The notes below the pieces were generated by a model that saw nothing but the letters and a program-made list of their open reading frames with translations, was not told the DNA's origin and searched no databases. Position numbers and translations under genes: made by a program. A DNA stretch of 64,000 nucleotides from an uncultured delta proteobacterium (GTDB lineage: Bacteria; Desulfobacterota; Binatia; UBA9968), in the NCBI GenBank assembly GCA_963737905.1, contig CAVTUQ010000009.1:32001-96000 (forward strand), in the 5' to 3' direction. Positions 49,037 through 58,460 of the stretch are shown in pieces. Each line of letters begins with the position of its first letter. Positions within the stretch are counted from its first letter, which is position 1.

Positions 49037-50887
49037 ATGAAATTTCGAATCATCGGCCACGTTTTTGTACTGCTTTGCATCGCGGCCTCTGCCGGAGTCA
49101 CCCTTCTCAAGCTCTCTCCCGCTGCCGATCACAACGATCCCAATGCCGTCAACTCGATCTTCTCGGACATCGATGTCAGCGCTGCCGACCTTTACGATAT
49201 CTTCGGATGGCCAGCGGACGACACGACCGGCGGGGAAAAGGTCGTGATCGCGCTCACTTTCGCCTCGGTTCCCAAGGCCGGCGTCTTTGATTCCGACATG
49301 TTGTACCGCATTCTAGTCAGTCCGACTCCACGGGTTGCGCCGCAGCTCAAAGATGATGACGGTCTGGAAGTGGTGCTAAAGTATTTCGAAGCGATCAAGA
49401 CCAACTATGCGAGCCTCAAGCCGGAGGAAGTCCGGGTCACGGTCGATAAGGATGGCCGGGCGAAAATTAATTTTATCGGCTTTCCCGGTGGCAGCTTTGT
49501 CAAGGTCATCGACACCAATAAAGTTACTACGATCGACACGCCAGACGGCAACTCGCTCCAAGCTTATATCGGTGGCCGCGACGATGCGTTTTTTAACGAT
49601 CTGCCCGGCTTTTTCCGTTCCATCAACTATGCGCCGCAGTTCTATGACGTTCCTCACACAATGACGGATACCCGCGAGCTGAAGATACCCAAAACTCTGA
49701 TCGAATTGGAAGGCAACAAACTATTCAATTTTGACCCCGCCAATCCCAAGCACGGCCAGGGAGTCAAGCTCAAACTGCCGGCAGGCCCGCTCACGTGGAG
49801 CGGCAACAAATATTTCAAGGACAATAACGGCAATTACCGCTTTGTATACAGCGGAAAGGACGCGCAAGCCGGCAGAAACATCAATGCGATCATTCTCGAA
49901 ATGCCTCTGGCTTTTCTTACGAAATCGCCGGACGTGGACCGCATCGTCAACACGTGGGGCGAGAGCTGGGTCCTCAAGGCCGCTCATAAAATCGAAACGA
50001 TCCCCGATGACCGCGCCCCGGTCAAGGGACCCTTCCTGCTTCAGTATCCGTGGCTTGTCGGGGGCATCGCGATCTTGCTTGGCGCGCTGCTGATCCTTCT
50101 TGGGTTCAGAGCCTTGTCGCAACGCTCCGCCAACTCCTGGGCCAGGCCCGCCAGCCGCTTTATTCTGGGCATTGTGCTCGTGGTCTTGGGCGCGGGCTAC
50201 GGCATCATCGTCGGTAAGTTTGCCGCCCAGAAGCCCGAACTCGCGCGGCCCGAGTACCAACTCGACGACGAGTTGAAAAGATACAAGCTTGTCGATACCG
50301 ACGGCCAGGCTTTCGCCGATGCCGGTTTGAGCGAGCGGGAGGATGACCGGCAATTGGGGGCGTTCAATTTCTGGCTCGCGCCCCACTTCATCACCCGGCT
50401 CGCCCATTTGGGGTGGGGCTTCGGACCGTCGATCACCGCGTTGGGACTACGTACTTCCTTCGATCATGACAACTCTCCGATTTCCGTATACAAGACATAC
50501 GCTTCGCCGATAGAGGCTTTTCCGCGGGTCAAGAAAGTCGTGCTCCAGCAACTGAACATGCCGGACGACACGTGGAACAAAAAGAAGCTAAACATTCCGC
50601 TGCGGCGTGGCGTGGAGATCTTCATACCCAACGTCAACGCCATCGACATGGATACGACCGGCACGTGGCCGTTCGGGCGGCGCCCGGAGGATCAGGTCGC
50701 CACCCGGTTTCTCTCGTTGTTTCTCGATATGAAAGCGGAGATCAACGGCAAGCGCTACAACGTCGAAACGCTGGGGGATCAGTCTTTGTGGGATCACGCG
50801 CCAGTCGAGCCGAAGACGCCGCCCAATCCACTGAAAAACGACAAGGAATTTCTCAAGCAGTTTCCTTATCTGGCGGAGCCGTGGTGA
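49037..50887 (+). CDS. DUF4331-like exported protein with internal TM hairpin
   Basis: Signal peptide, ADHNDP, GGRDDAFFND, NINAIILEMP, PFGRRPEDQV, FPYLAEPW. Confidence 0.7.
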   Translation: MKFRIIGHVFVLLCIAASAGVTLLKLSPAADHNDPNAVNSIFSDIDVSAADLYDIFGWPADDTTGGEKVVIALTFASVPKAGVFDSDMLYRILVSPTPRVAPQLKDDDGLEVVLKYFEAIKTNYASLKPEEVRVTVDKDGRAKINFIGFPGGSFVKVIDTNKVTTIDTPDGNSLQAYIGGRDDAFFNDLPGFFRSINYAPQFYDVPHTMTDTRELKIPKTLIELEGNKLFNFDPANPKHGQGVKLKLPAGPLTWSGNKYFKDNNGNYRFVYSGKDAQAGRNINAIILEMPLAFLTKSPDVDRIVNTWGESWVLKAAHKIETIPDDRAPVKGPFLLQYPWLVGGIAILLGALLILLGFRALSQRSANSWARPASRFILGIVLVVLGAGYGIIVGKFAAQKPELARPEYQLDDELKRYKLVDTDGQAFADAGLSEREDDRQLGAFNFWLAPHFITRLAHLGWGFGPSITALGLRTSFDHDNSPISVYKTYASPIEAFPRVKKVVLQQLNMPDDTWNKKKLNIPLRRGVEIFIPNVNAIDMDTTGTWPFGRRPEDQVATRFLSLFLDMKAEINGKRYNVETLGDQSLWDHAPVEPKTPPNPLKNDKEFLKQFPYLAEPW

Positions 50888-50923
50888 GGCTTTCGGGGCG
50901 GAGAAAACCCTGCGTACAGGACG

Positions 50924-52192
50924 GTGATGCCAATGCGATTGTTCAAGCCGATGCTAATCCTAGTGGCGGCGGTCTGTTTGTCGTTTCCCTTGACCAGTCT
51001 GAGCCACCGCAAACCAAGCCCACTGACGGACTATGAGCTCGAGCTGGCGCAAATCGAAAAGGACATCGCTGAGATCGAAGGCGACGTATTTACCCCTCCG
51101 GTCGATATCGACAAGGGCCTCAAATTTCTGCACCGCATGTATCACCGCGTCCAGCTCACCGGCGGTGTGGCCGATGTGCAAGCGATGGAGCCCGCTATCG
51201 ATCGCGCGCTCCGGGAGCTCGGACCCTTGACGGGTCTCTACCTTCTCAAGGCCAATCTCGATTTCAAGCTTCATCGGCTGAAGCAAGCCGACCAGGACAT
51301 CGCGGCGCTTTCCCGGTTCGCGGGCGATGCGCGAATCGTGGCCCTAAAAGCCGGCATCGACTTTCAACGGGGCCGATACGAAGCCTCAAAAATGGGTTAC
51401 CTGAGCGCGGTCGAAAAAAACTCCACCTGGGATAATCTTGCTCGGCTCGCCTATGGGTTAGGGAAGTTCGGTGATGTCGATCTCGCCGACCGCCTGTACC
51501 GTCAGGCGGAAGAGGACATCTCGGTCAAGGAGATGCGCGCGTACGCCTGGGTGGAGTTGCAAAGGGGACTGTTGGATTTGAACCGGGGCCGCTATGACGA
51601 AGCGATGGGCCATTACCGGCAGGCCGGGAAGGCGTATTCCGGTTACTGGCTGGTCGATGAGCACATGGCGGAGCTTTTGGGCGCGACCAAAAAGTTCGAC
51701 GCGGCGGCGGCGCTTTACGAGTCGGTGGTCGCGCGTGCGCCGCTGCCGGAGCTTCAGCAGCGGCTCGGCGATCTCTACGTGTTCATGGGCAAGCCCGAAC
51801 AGGCAAGACCGTGGCACGACAAGGCGTTGGCGGGCTATCTCGATTCTGCGGCGCGCGGCGAGGTCAACTACTATCATCATCTCGCCGGATTTTATGCCGA
51901 CGTGCGCGGGGATGGCGCCGAGGCGGTTAAATGGGCAGAGAAAGACCTCGCGCTGCGCCCCCACTTCGCCACCCAGGACGCGCTGGCTTGGGCGTTGTAT
52001 CGCGCCGGCCGCTTCGAAGAAGCGCGTAACGTAAGCCGTGAAGCGCTTTCGTCCGGCGTAAAGGACGCGCACCTTTTCTTCCACGCCGCGATGATCCATC
52101 TGGCGGCCGGAAAAACCGACGAGGGCAAACAGCTTCTAAAGAAAGCCGGGGAGATCAACCCCGGCTACGAGAATTTTCATGCGCATCGCTGA
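50924..52192 (+). CDS. Exported TPR-repeat protein
   Basis: Signal peptide; helical repeats, DALAWALYRAG, FFHAAMI. Confidence 0.8.
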   Translation: MMPMRLFKPMLILVAAVCLSFPLTSLSHRKPSPLTDYELELAQIEKDIAEIEGDVFTPPVDIDKGLKFLHRMYHRVQLTGGVADVQAMEPAIDRALRELGPLTGLYLLKANLDFKLHRLKQADQDIAALSRFAGDARIVALKAGIDFQRGRYEASKMGYLSAVEKNSTWDNLARLAYGLGKFGDVDLADRLYRQAEEDISVKEMRAYAWVELQRGLLDLNRGRYDEAMGHYRQAGKAYSGYWLVDEHMAELLGATKKFDAAAALYESVVARAPLPELQQRLGDLYVFMGKPEQARPWHDKALAGYLDSAARGEVNYYHHLAGFYADVRGDGAEAVKWAEKDLALRPHFATQDALAWALYRAGRFEEARNVSREALSSGVKDAHLFFHAAMIHLAAGKTDEGKQLLKKAGEINPGYENFHAHR

Positions 52193-53300
52193 ACGATTGA
52201 AGCTGTTTTTAATTTGCCTCTTCGTCTGGGCGGCCGTAGCGCCGCGCATCGCGACGGCGCATCCAGTGGCGCAAGGCGCGCTGGAGATCGTCGTACTTCC
52301 GGAACGAGTTAGCATGACCGCCCGGGTATCTATGGAAGAAGTGATCGTCGCCGAAGCTTACGTCGGGCGGAAAAACGCTTCGGCCCTGGAGATGGTGCAC
52401 GCGCACGGCGCGTATCTGCTCGCGCATTTCCGCGTCGCGGCGGATGGGCGGTTGCTCGACGGGCGCGTGGTCAAAGTTCCCGAACAAGCCAACGGCCGCC
52501 CGAGCTACCAGCTCGAATACCGGCTCGCGGGCGGCGCGCCCGGGCAAGTTGCGTTGGAACAGGACGTGCTGCGCGAGTTCGAGTTCGCGCCGGGCAATCC
52601 ATGGGAGGCGAGTTACGTGGTGCGTGTCCGGCGGGATGGCGGACCTGCGGTTGAGGGCTTGTTGTTGAGTTCCAAGCAGCCACTCATTCTCGATTTGAAC
52701 CGGATAACGTCCGGCATCGATAAAGCGCGGATGGTGAAGGAATACATTCATCATGGGATCATGCACATCCTGTCGGGTTATGATCATCTCCTCTTCATCG
52801 CCGCGCTGGCGCTGGCTGTCGCGACCTTGTGGGACCTGGTCAAAGTCATCAGCGCCTTTACGCTTGCCCACTCGATCACGCTCACGCTCTCAGTGCTGAA
52901 CGTCGTCAGGCTGCCGGAAAATATCGTCGAACCGATGATCGCGGCGAGCATCGTGTTCGTCGCCCTTCAGAACGTGATCGTGCCCGAGCGCAGCCGCGGC
53001 GCCGGCAGACTTTGTGTCGCTTTCTTTTTCGGTCTTTTCCACGGCCTCGGCTTCGCGGGTGGTCTACTCAGCGCGATGGAAGGAATGGCCGGTTTGGCGG
53101 TGGGTCTGGCCATCGCTGCGTTCAGCGCAGGGGTCGAGATCGGTCATCAAGTGGTCGTTCTCCCGATTTTTTGCGCTCTAAAAATGATGCGCGAGCGGAT
53201 GTCTCAGCAGTCGGCTTCAATTCCCGAACGTGTGCTGCGGTACGGTTCCGCCGGGATTTGTGCGGCCGGTATGTTCTACTTGGTTGCAGCGTTGCATTGA
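52179..53300 (+). CDS. HupE/UreJ-family membrane protein with N-terminal exported domain
   Basis: GIMHILSGYDHLLF, SAFTLAHSITL, FGLFHGLGFA, GVEIGH. Confidence 0.88.
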   Translation: MRIAERLKLFLICLFVWAAVAPRIATAHPVAQGALEIVVLPERVSMTARVSMEEVIVAEAYVGRKNASALEMVHAHGAYLLAHFRVAADGRLLDGRVVKVPEQANGRPSYQLEYRLAGGAPGQVALEQDVLREFEFAPGNPWEASYVVRVRRDGGPAVEGLLLSSKQPLILDLNRITSGIDKARMVKEYIHHGIMHILSGYDHLLFIAALALAVATLWDLVKVISAFTLAHSITLTLSVLNVVRLPENIVEPMIAASIVFVALQNVIVPERSRGAGRLCVAFFFGLFHGLGFAGGLLSAMEGMAGLAVGLAIAAFSAGVEIGHQVVVLPIFCALKMMRERMSQQSASIPERVLRYGSAGICAAGMFYLVAALH

Positions 53301-53360
53301 GATTACCGGCAAAGTTACCCAGCAACGGCTGCCGAACGGACGGAGCGGTAAGGAGGAAGA

Positions 53361-56087
53361 ATGAGCAGGAAAGATTGTTGTGTCGGAATATTGATGCTGC
53401 TCTGCGCGATCATCCTCGCGAGTTGCGGAGATCGGCCGAAGCCGGGCACCGTAGTGGACGAGGCCAAGAAGGCAGGGCTGACGGCCAAGGACCTGCCGGG
53501 ATCGGACGACGACTACCTGCGTGCCATGGATCGCGGCCTGGATGAAGAGGCGGTGCACAAAGCTCTGCCCTTCCTGTCCAAGGAAGAGGCCTGGAAGTCT
53601 TATAACCGAGGCCGCAACAACTGGGTCGTCTGGACGGCAGGCAACGACACGCTCTGGGATTACTTGGCCAACAACGCCTTCGGCGCCTTCGATCTATTGA
53701 AGATTGTCTCCTCCCATCCGGGGATCAGGTATTGCGGCAACAAAACCCCCGTGTACGGCTACGGCGGCAAGGGCGATTACGCCAAAGACCAGCAGTCCGA
53801 ATACGGCAAGGAGAAATCTTCTCCGGCACCGTATCCGCCGGGTTACTACGCTTACGACGAAGATGACGAGTGCAAGGGCGACGACCGCCAATTCTACGAA
53901 GTCTCCCGCGAGAACCGGTGGAAATATCTCGGCCTGGTCAACGAACCGGGCCTCCAACAGTGGGACCCCAAGGGCTGCGACTGGAAGAACGACAAGAAGA
54001 CCGATGACGAACCGTACGGCAAGTGCGGCGACCCCAATCGTTTCGGCCTCTGGCTGGACAAGCGCGTCGGCGCTCCCGACCCGTTCGAGGATGAGAAGAA
54101 ATATCCGGGCGTGAAAGTCGGAGCGCGTGGGAAGACCGTTCCGGCCGGCTCCTACTACGGCTATGCGAGCGGCGTCGTCGGACTACGACTCTTTCCCAAT
54201 CCCGCTTTCGACGAAGCGGCCAAAAAGAAATGGGATCCGATCAGGTACTACACCGACCCGGATTACTACAGCGACAAAAACCTGGTGCGCCCGTATCGGG
54301 TCGGGATGTCCTGCGGCTTTTGCCACGTCGGTCCAAGCCCCACCGAACCTCCCAAAGATCCCGAGAATCCGGAATGGAAGAACCTCAACTCCAACCCCGG
54401 CGCGCAGTACTTCTGGCTGGACAGAATCTTTTTCTGGAATCCGTATAAGCGGCACGAGAACTTCATCTACCAACTCTTCCACACTTCGCTTCCGGGGTCG
54501 CTCGACACCTCCCTCGTTTCTAGCGATAACATCAATAACCCGCGCACGATGAACGCCGTCTACAGCATCGCGGCACGTCTAAAGATGGCCGAGTTTCACC
54601 CGGAAAAATTGACCGGTGGCGAGCGCAACAACAGGCAGTTCAACGACTTCGACAGAACCAAAGTTCTCTCAAAATACTTCATACCACCGGACACCGTCCT
54701 CGCGCCTCACGTTCTAAAAGACGGCGCCGATTCGGTCGGCGTACTCGGAGCTTTGAACCGCGTGTACATCAACATCGGCCTTTTTAGCGAGGAATGGCTG
54801 CTCCATTTCAAGCCGCTGATCGGGAACCTCCCCGGAAAGAGGATCACGCCCATCGAGATCGCCGTACTGGAGAAGAATTCCACTTACTGGAACGCCAACG
54901 TGACGCAGACTCCCGATCTGGCGCTGTTTTTCCTCGCGAGCGCCCGGCCCGATTACTTGAAAGAAGCGGCTGGCGGCAAGGACTATCTCACCACGGATCA
55001 AAAAAAGCTCAATCACGGCAAGATCGTCTTTGCCGAGAACTGCGCGCGTTGCCACTCGGGGAAACAGCCACCGCCACCGCCCGAAATCGACTATGCAAAG
55101 TGCGGCGGTCCCGGTTACCTAGATTGCTGGAACCGCTACTGGAGCTGGACCAAGACGGAAGCGTTCAAGAAGCAGATGCGCGAGATCGTCATGCGCGACG
55201 ATTTTCTGGAAGACAATTTCCTCTCCACCGAGCTTCGCGTTCCCGTCACCTTGCTCCAGACTAACGCGTGCAGCCCGCTTGCGACCAACGGTCTCAGAGG
55301 AGACATATGGGACAACTTCACCTCCACGACCTACAAGGAGCTGACTGCCGTCGGCAAATTCACCGTCCACAAACCCAAGACGGGCGAGGCCTGGGAGTAC
55401 GACATGCCCGGCAAAGGGCGCGGGTACACCCGCCCCGCGTCGTTGATCAGCCTGTGGTCGACGGCGCCGTACTTGCTCAATAACGCTGTTGGACCTTTCT
55501 ACGGAGAACCCAGCGTCGAGGCGCGCATGGCGTCTTTCAACGAATCGATCCAGCAGATGCTCTGGCCGGAAAAGCGCCAGAAGGACTCGCTTCTGGGAGA
55601 CAAAGTCCCCGGCTACATGCAGCGCACGACGACGAGAAGTTACCTGAGAGTTGCGTGGGGATACTTGCCGGGGCAATTCGCGGCGTTTATGGACTGGCTT
55701 AGCGGCTGGCTCCCCTGGCTCTTTGGCCAAACCGGGCTTGAGATCGGCCCGATCCCCAAGGGAACGCCGGTCGGCCTCCTGGCCAACTTGCCATTGGTGT
55801 CTGAGAGCGAGCGTCCGGAAGACCGAGTGGCGTATGCCGAAAAGGTGATTGATTTGCTGAAAAAGGCCGGCAAGGATTTGAAGTCTCTGCCAGCCAATGC
55901 GACCGACGAGCAGGCGCGCGAGATCTTCGCCGGCGTCGGAGATCAGTTGCTAAAGCTCAGTAAGTGCCCCGACTTCGTTGTCAACCGCGGCCATTATTTC
56001 GGCACCAGTTATTTCAAGGATAAAGACGAGCCGGGACTCAGCGACGATGACAAGTGGGCGCTGATCGAGTTTTTGAAAACATTCTAG
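53361..56087 (+). CDS. Large di-haem cytochrome c lipoprotein (CCP/MauG/RoxA-like)
   Basis: LASC lipobox; CGFCH and CARCH; LWSTAPYLLNN; C-terminal LIEFLKTF. Confidence 0.8.
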   Translation: MSRKDCCVGILMLLCAIILASCGDRPKPGTVVDEAKKAGLTAKDLPGSDDDYLRAMDRGLDEEAVHKALPFLSKEEAWKSYNRGRNNWVVWTAGNDTLWDYLANNAFGAFDLLKIVSSHPGIRYCGNKTPVYGYGGKGDYAKDQQSEYGKEKSSPAPYPPGYYAYDEDDECKGDDRQFYEVSRENRWKYLGLVNEPGLQQWDPKGCDWKNDKKTDDEPYGKCGDPNRFGLWLDKRVGAPDPFEDEKKYPGVKVGARGKTVPAGSYYGYASGVVGLRLFPNPAFDEAAKKKWDPIRYYTDPDYYSDKNLVRPYRVGMSCGFCHVGPSPTEPPKDPENPEWKNLNSNPGAQYFWLDRIFFWNPYKRHENFIYQLFHTSLPGSLDTSLVSSDNINNPRTMNAVYSIAARLKMAEFHPEKLTGGERNNRQFNDFDRTKVLSKYFIPPDTVLAPHVLKDGADSVGVLGALNRVYINIGLFSEEWLLHFKPLIGNLPGKRITPIEIAVLEKNSTYWNANVTQTPDLALFFLASARPDYLKEAAGGKDYLTTDQKKLNHGKIVFAENCARCHSGKQPPPPPEIDYAKCGGPGYLDCWNRYWSWTKTEAFKKQMREIVMRDDFLEDNFLSTELRVPVTLLQTNACSPLATNGLRGDIWDNFTSTTYKELTAVGKFTVHKPKTGEAWEYDMPGKGRGYTRPASLISLWSTAPYLLNNAVGPFYGEPSVEARMASFNESIQQMLWPEKRQKDSLLGDKVPGYMQRTTTRSYLRVAWGYLPGQFAAFMDWLSGWLPWLFGQTGLEIGPIPKGTPVGLLANLPLVSESERPEDRVAYAEKVIDLLKKAGKDLKSLPANATDEQAREIFAGVGDQLLKLSKCPDFVVNRGHYFGTSYFKDKDEPGLSDDDKWALIEFLKTF

Positions 56088-56123
56088 CTCGATGTGCAAC
56101 TACGACGTGAAAGGAAATCACGG

Positions 56124-57308
56124 ATGAAAAAGACAGCCCTATTCTTTCTCGGTCTCGTGCTACTTCTCTTTCCGGCAGCCATCAAGAGTTCGGATCACGC
56201 CGATCCGATCAATCTTGAAGTGTTGGAATCCGGCATCACCGACCTCTTCGCCTTTCCGGACGGTGACCAGATGATCGTCATCCTCAATACCCGGCGGGCT
56301 CTGACCGCGCCGCCGCCGTACCAACTCGAGCCTTTCGAGTTCGCGATCTTCATGGACCTTCACACCCAAGTCACTGTCGACAACGCCGAGGAGCGCGCGC
56401 GCTACGGCGGTTCGATCGCCAACCCCGAAGGCATCAAACCCGACGTCACGATAAAAATCCGCCTCAAGAACGACGTCACGTTGAACAGCATCCAGTACCA
56501 AGGTCTGGAAAACACCAATGGCATCAAGCTGTTCACCGGCGTGCGCGACGACCCATTCATTTTCCCGCGCTTTTTCAAGCGCAACACGATTGCAATGGTG
56601 CTGAGCATCCCGTTCTCCGCGTTCCCCCAGGACCAGCGGGACTGGATACTGTGGGCGACCTCGACGCGGCTAAAGGACGGCGTGCAGATCGACCACGTCG
56701 GCCGGTCTAATCGTTCGCAGCAGGGCCGGTTTGATTTCTTAAACACGCTGCCGCCGAGCCAGCACGTGGCGGCGATCAAGGCGTATAACCAAACCAGGGT
56801 GCGAATCGAGAAGTCCCTGATGGAATACTTGCCGCCGCTCGTGAACGGGTTTCAACCGTTATTTAAAATTCGCTCCTACGACTATTTCCCCGACGTGATG
56901 ATCTACACCAAGCAATATCCGATTGGATTTCCTAACGGACGGACGTTGACCGACGACGTCGCGCTGTTGACTTGCGAGCAGGGGGACTGCCCGCTGGTCG
57001 AGAGCGCCTATGTTGACAGCCCGCAGTGGCCGCGCGCGACGGTCAATGACAAGCCGTTCCTGAAAGAGTTTCCCTATCTCGCAGAGAAGTGGGAAGAAAG
57101 TGAAATAGCGCCGAAGCCGGCAGAGCCTGTCGGTGTTTTCAGCGCGCTGGCGGCGGCCTGGGACACCGGGAAATTCTTTACCGAAGCGACCGCGAACTGC
57201 TGCACGCCGGTCAAGAGAACTGCGATTGCGGCGATCATTCTGGTGCTCCTGATAATACCGATATTGGTCTGGCTGATTACTCGATGGCGTCGCCGGGTGA
57301 AAACCTGA
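56124..57308 (+). CDS. DUF4331-like exported protein with C-terminal TM anchor
   Basis: SSDHADP, ITDLFAF, GVRDDPF, GFPNGRTLTDDV, FPYLAEKW. Confidence 0.75.
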   Translation: MKKTALFFLGLVLLLFPAAIKSSDHADPINLEVLESGITDLFAFPDGDQMIVILNTRRALTAPPPYQLEPFEFAIFMDLHTQVTVDNAEERARYGGSIANPEGIKPDVTIKIRLKNDVTLNSIQYQGLENTNGIKLFTGVRDDPFIFPRFFKRNTIAMVLSIPFSAFPQDQRDWILWATSTRLKDGVQIDHVGRSNRSQQGRFDFLNTLPPSQHVAAIKAYNQTRVRIEKSLMEYLPPLVNGFQPLFKIRSYDYFPDVMIYTKQYPIGFPNGRTLTDDVALLTCEQGDCPLVESAYVDSPQWPRATVNDKPFLKEFPYLAEKWEESEIAPKPAEPVGVFSALAAAWDTGKFFTEATANCCTPVKRTAIAAIILVLLIIPILVWLITRWRRRVKT

Positions 57309-57338
57309 TCACGCGATCGTCTTTAGGGAGCGGAAGTT

Positions 57339-58412
57339 ATGGATGCGGAGTTTTTCGGGATTGAAGGAATCACCGATGAAGATCGCGCCTATCAAGGCTC
57401 GCGGTTCTCGGAGGTGCAGGGCGTGCTCTTTGCCAATCCTTACCAGAAAGTTTGGGGCCGCGCCGGCGAGCCCCCGTTGCCCGTCTACGAAGTGACGCTC
57501 GGCAGCGTTTTGCGCGGCGTCCTGCCGTTCGGCGAGCCGTATCTGTTTCGGAAGGCCACCGAGCGTGCCGTCGATTCGCACGCCGATTTGCGTTGGGGCC
57601 CCGACCGCAAGGGTTATCGCCGCCTGCTTCATCCGAACGGTATATGTCTTACGGGCTTTTGGGAGATCACCGAAGAGAATCCATATTCGGGTTACTTCCA
57701 AAAAGGCAGCCGGGCGCTGGCGATCGGACGCTATTCCACCTGCTGCACGGAAACGCGGCGCGGCCATGCGCGCTCGCTGTCGTTGGTGGGGAAGCTCTAT
57801 CCCACCACTGACCCGAAGCACTTAGAGCCGTTTCACACCGCCAACTTCATCACCCAGCAGGATATCGGCGGTGACTATAGCGACTATATCAACGACGCGG
57901 AAGTGCGCAACGCTCCCGACACCCGCCTCTGGCGCCGGGGGGGCGCCGTGCCGGTTCTGCTGGTGACGGGCGCGGTGTTTCAGCGCGTCGATAAGCAACC
58001 TTCGCAGCGCCAGCTGTATCAGATCGCCGAGCTTGGCAAGCCGAAGGACGCGCCCACGCGCGCGCCGGAGTTCATGCGCCTGTTGGTCGCGCCGGAGCAG
58101 CCCAGGATCGAAGGCGCAGCGTTAGATTTTCGCGACGAGATCATGGCGCAGATTTTCGATAAGGGCGATCCGAAGCCAAAGCGCACGCTCACCTTCAACA
58201 TCGAAGTGACCGACGAGGGATCGACGCGCGGATTGCCGTTCTTCCAGCGACGCTCGTTCAAGAATTGGCGCCGCATCGGAAGAATGGTCTTCGATAACGC
58301 CGTCGCCTCTTACAACGGTGATTTCGTCATCCACTTTAGCCATCCCACCTGGCGCAACGATCGCAACGACCCCTCGACCACCGCCCGCGTCGGCGGGCGT
58401 AAAGTGCGCTGA
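57339..58412 (+). CDS. Catalase-related haem protein (short, catalase-like fold)
   Basis: RRLLHPNGICLTG, IGRYS, SLSLVGKLY and ANFITQ resemble the catalase distal-His/beta-barrel motifs. Confidence 0.55.
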   Translation: MDAEFFGIEGITDEDRAYQGSRFSEVQGVLFANPYQKVWGRAGEPPLPVYEVTLGSVLRGVLPFGEPYLFRKATERAVDSHADLRWGPDRKGYRRLLHPNGICLTGFWEITEENPYSGYFQKGSRALAIGRYSTCCTETRRGHARSLSLVGKLYPTTDPKHLEPFHTANFITQQDIGGDYSDYINDAEVRNAPDTRLWRRGGAVPVLLVTGAVFQRVDKQPSQRQLYQIAELGKPKDAPTRAPEFMRLLVAPEQPRIEGAALDFRDEIMAQIFDKGDPKPKRTLTFNIEVTDEGSTRGLPFFQRRSFKNWRRIGRMVFDNAVASYNGDFVIHFSHPTWRNDRNDPSTTARVGGRKVR

Positions 58413-58460
58413 CGTTGCGGCCTTCGAACGGTGACGAAGAAGATGCGAACGAGGTGAACT

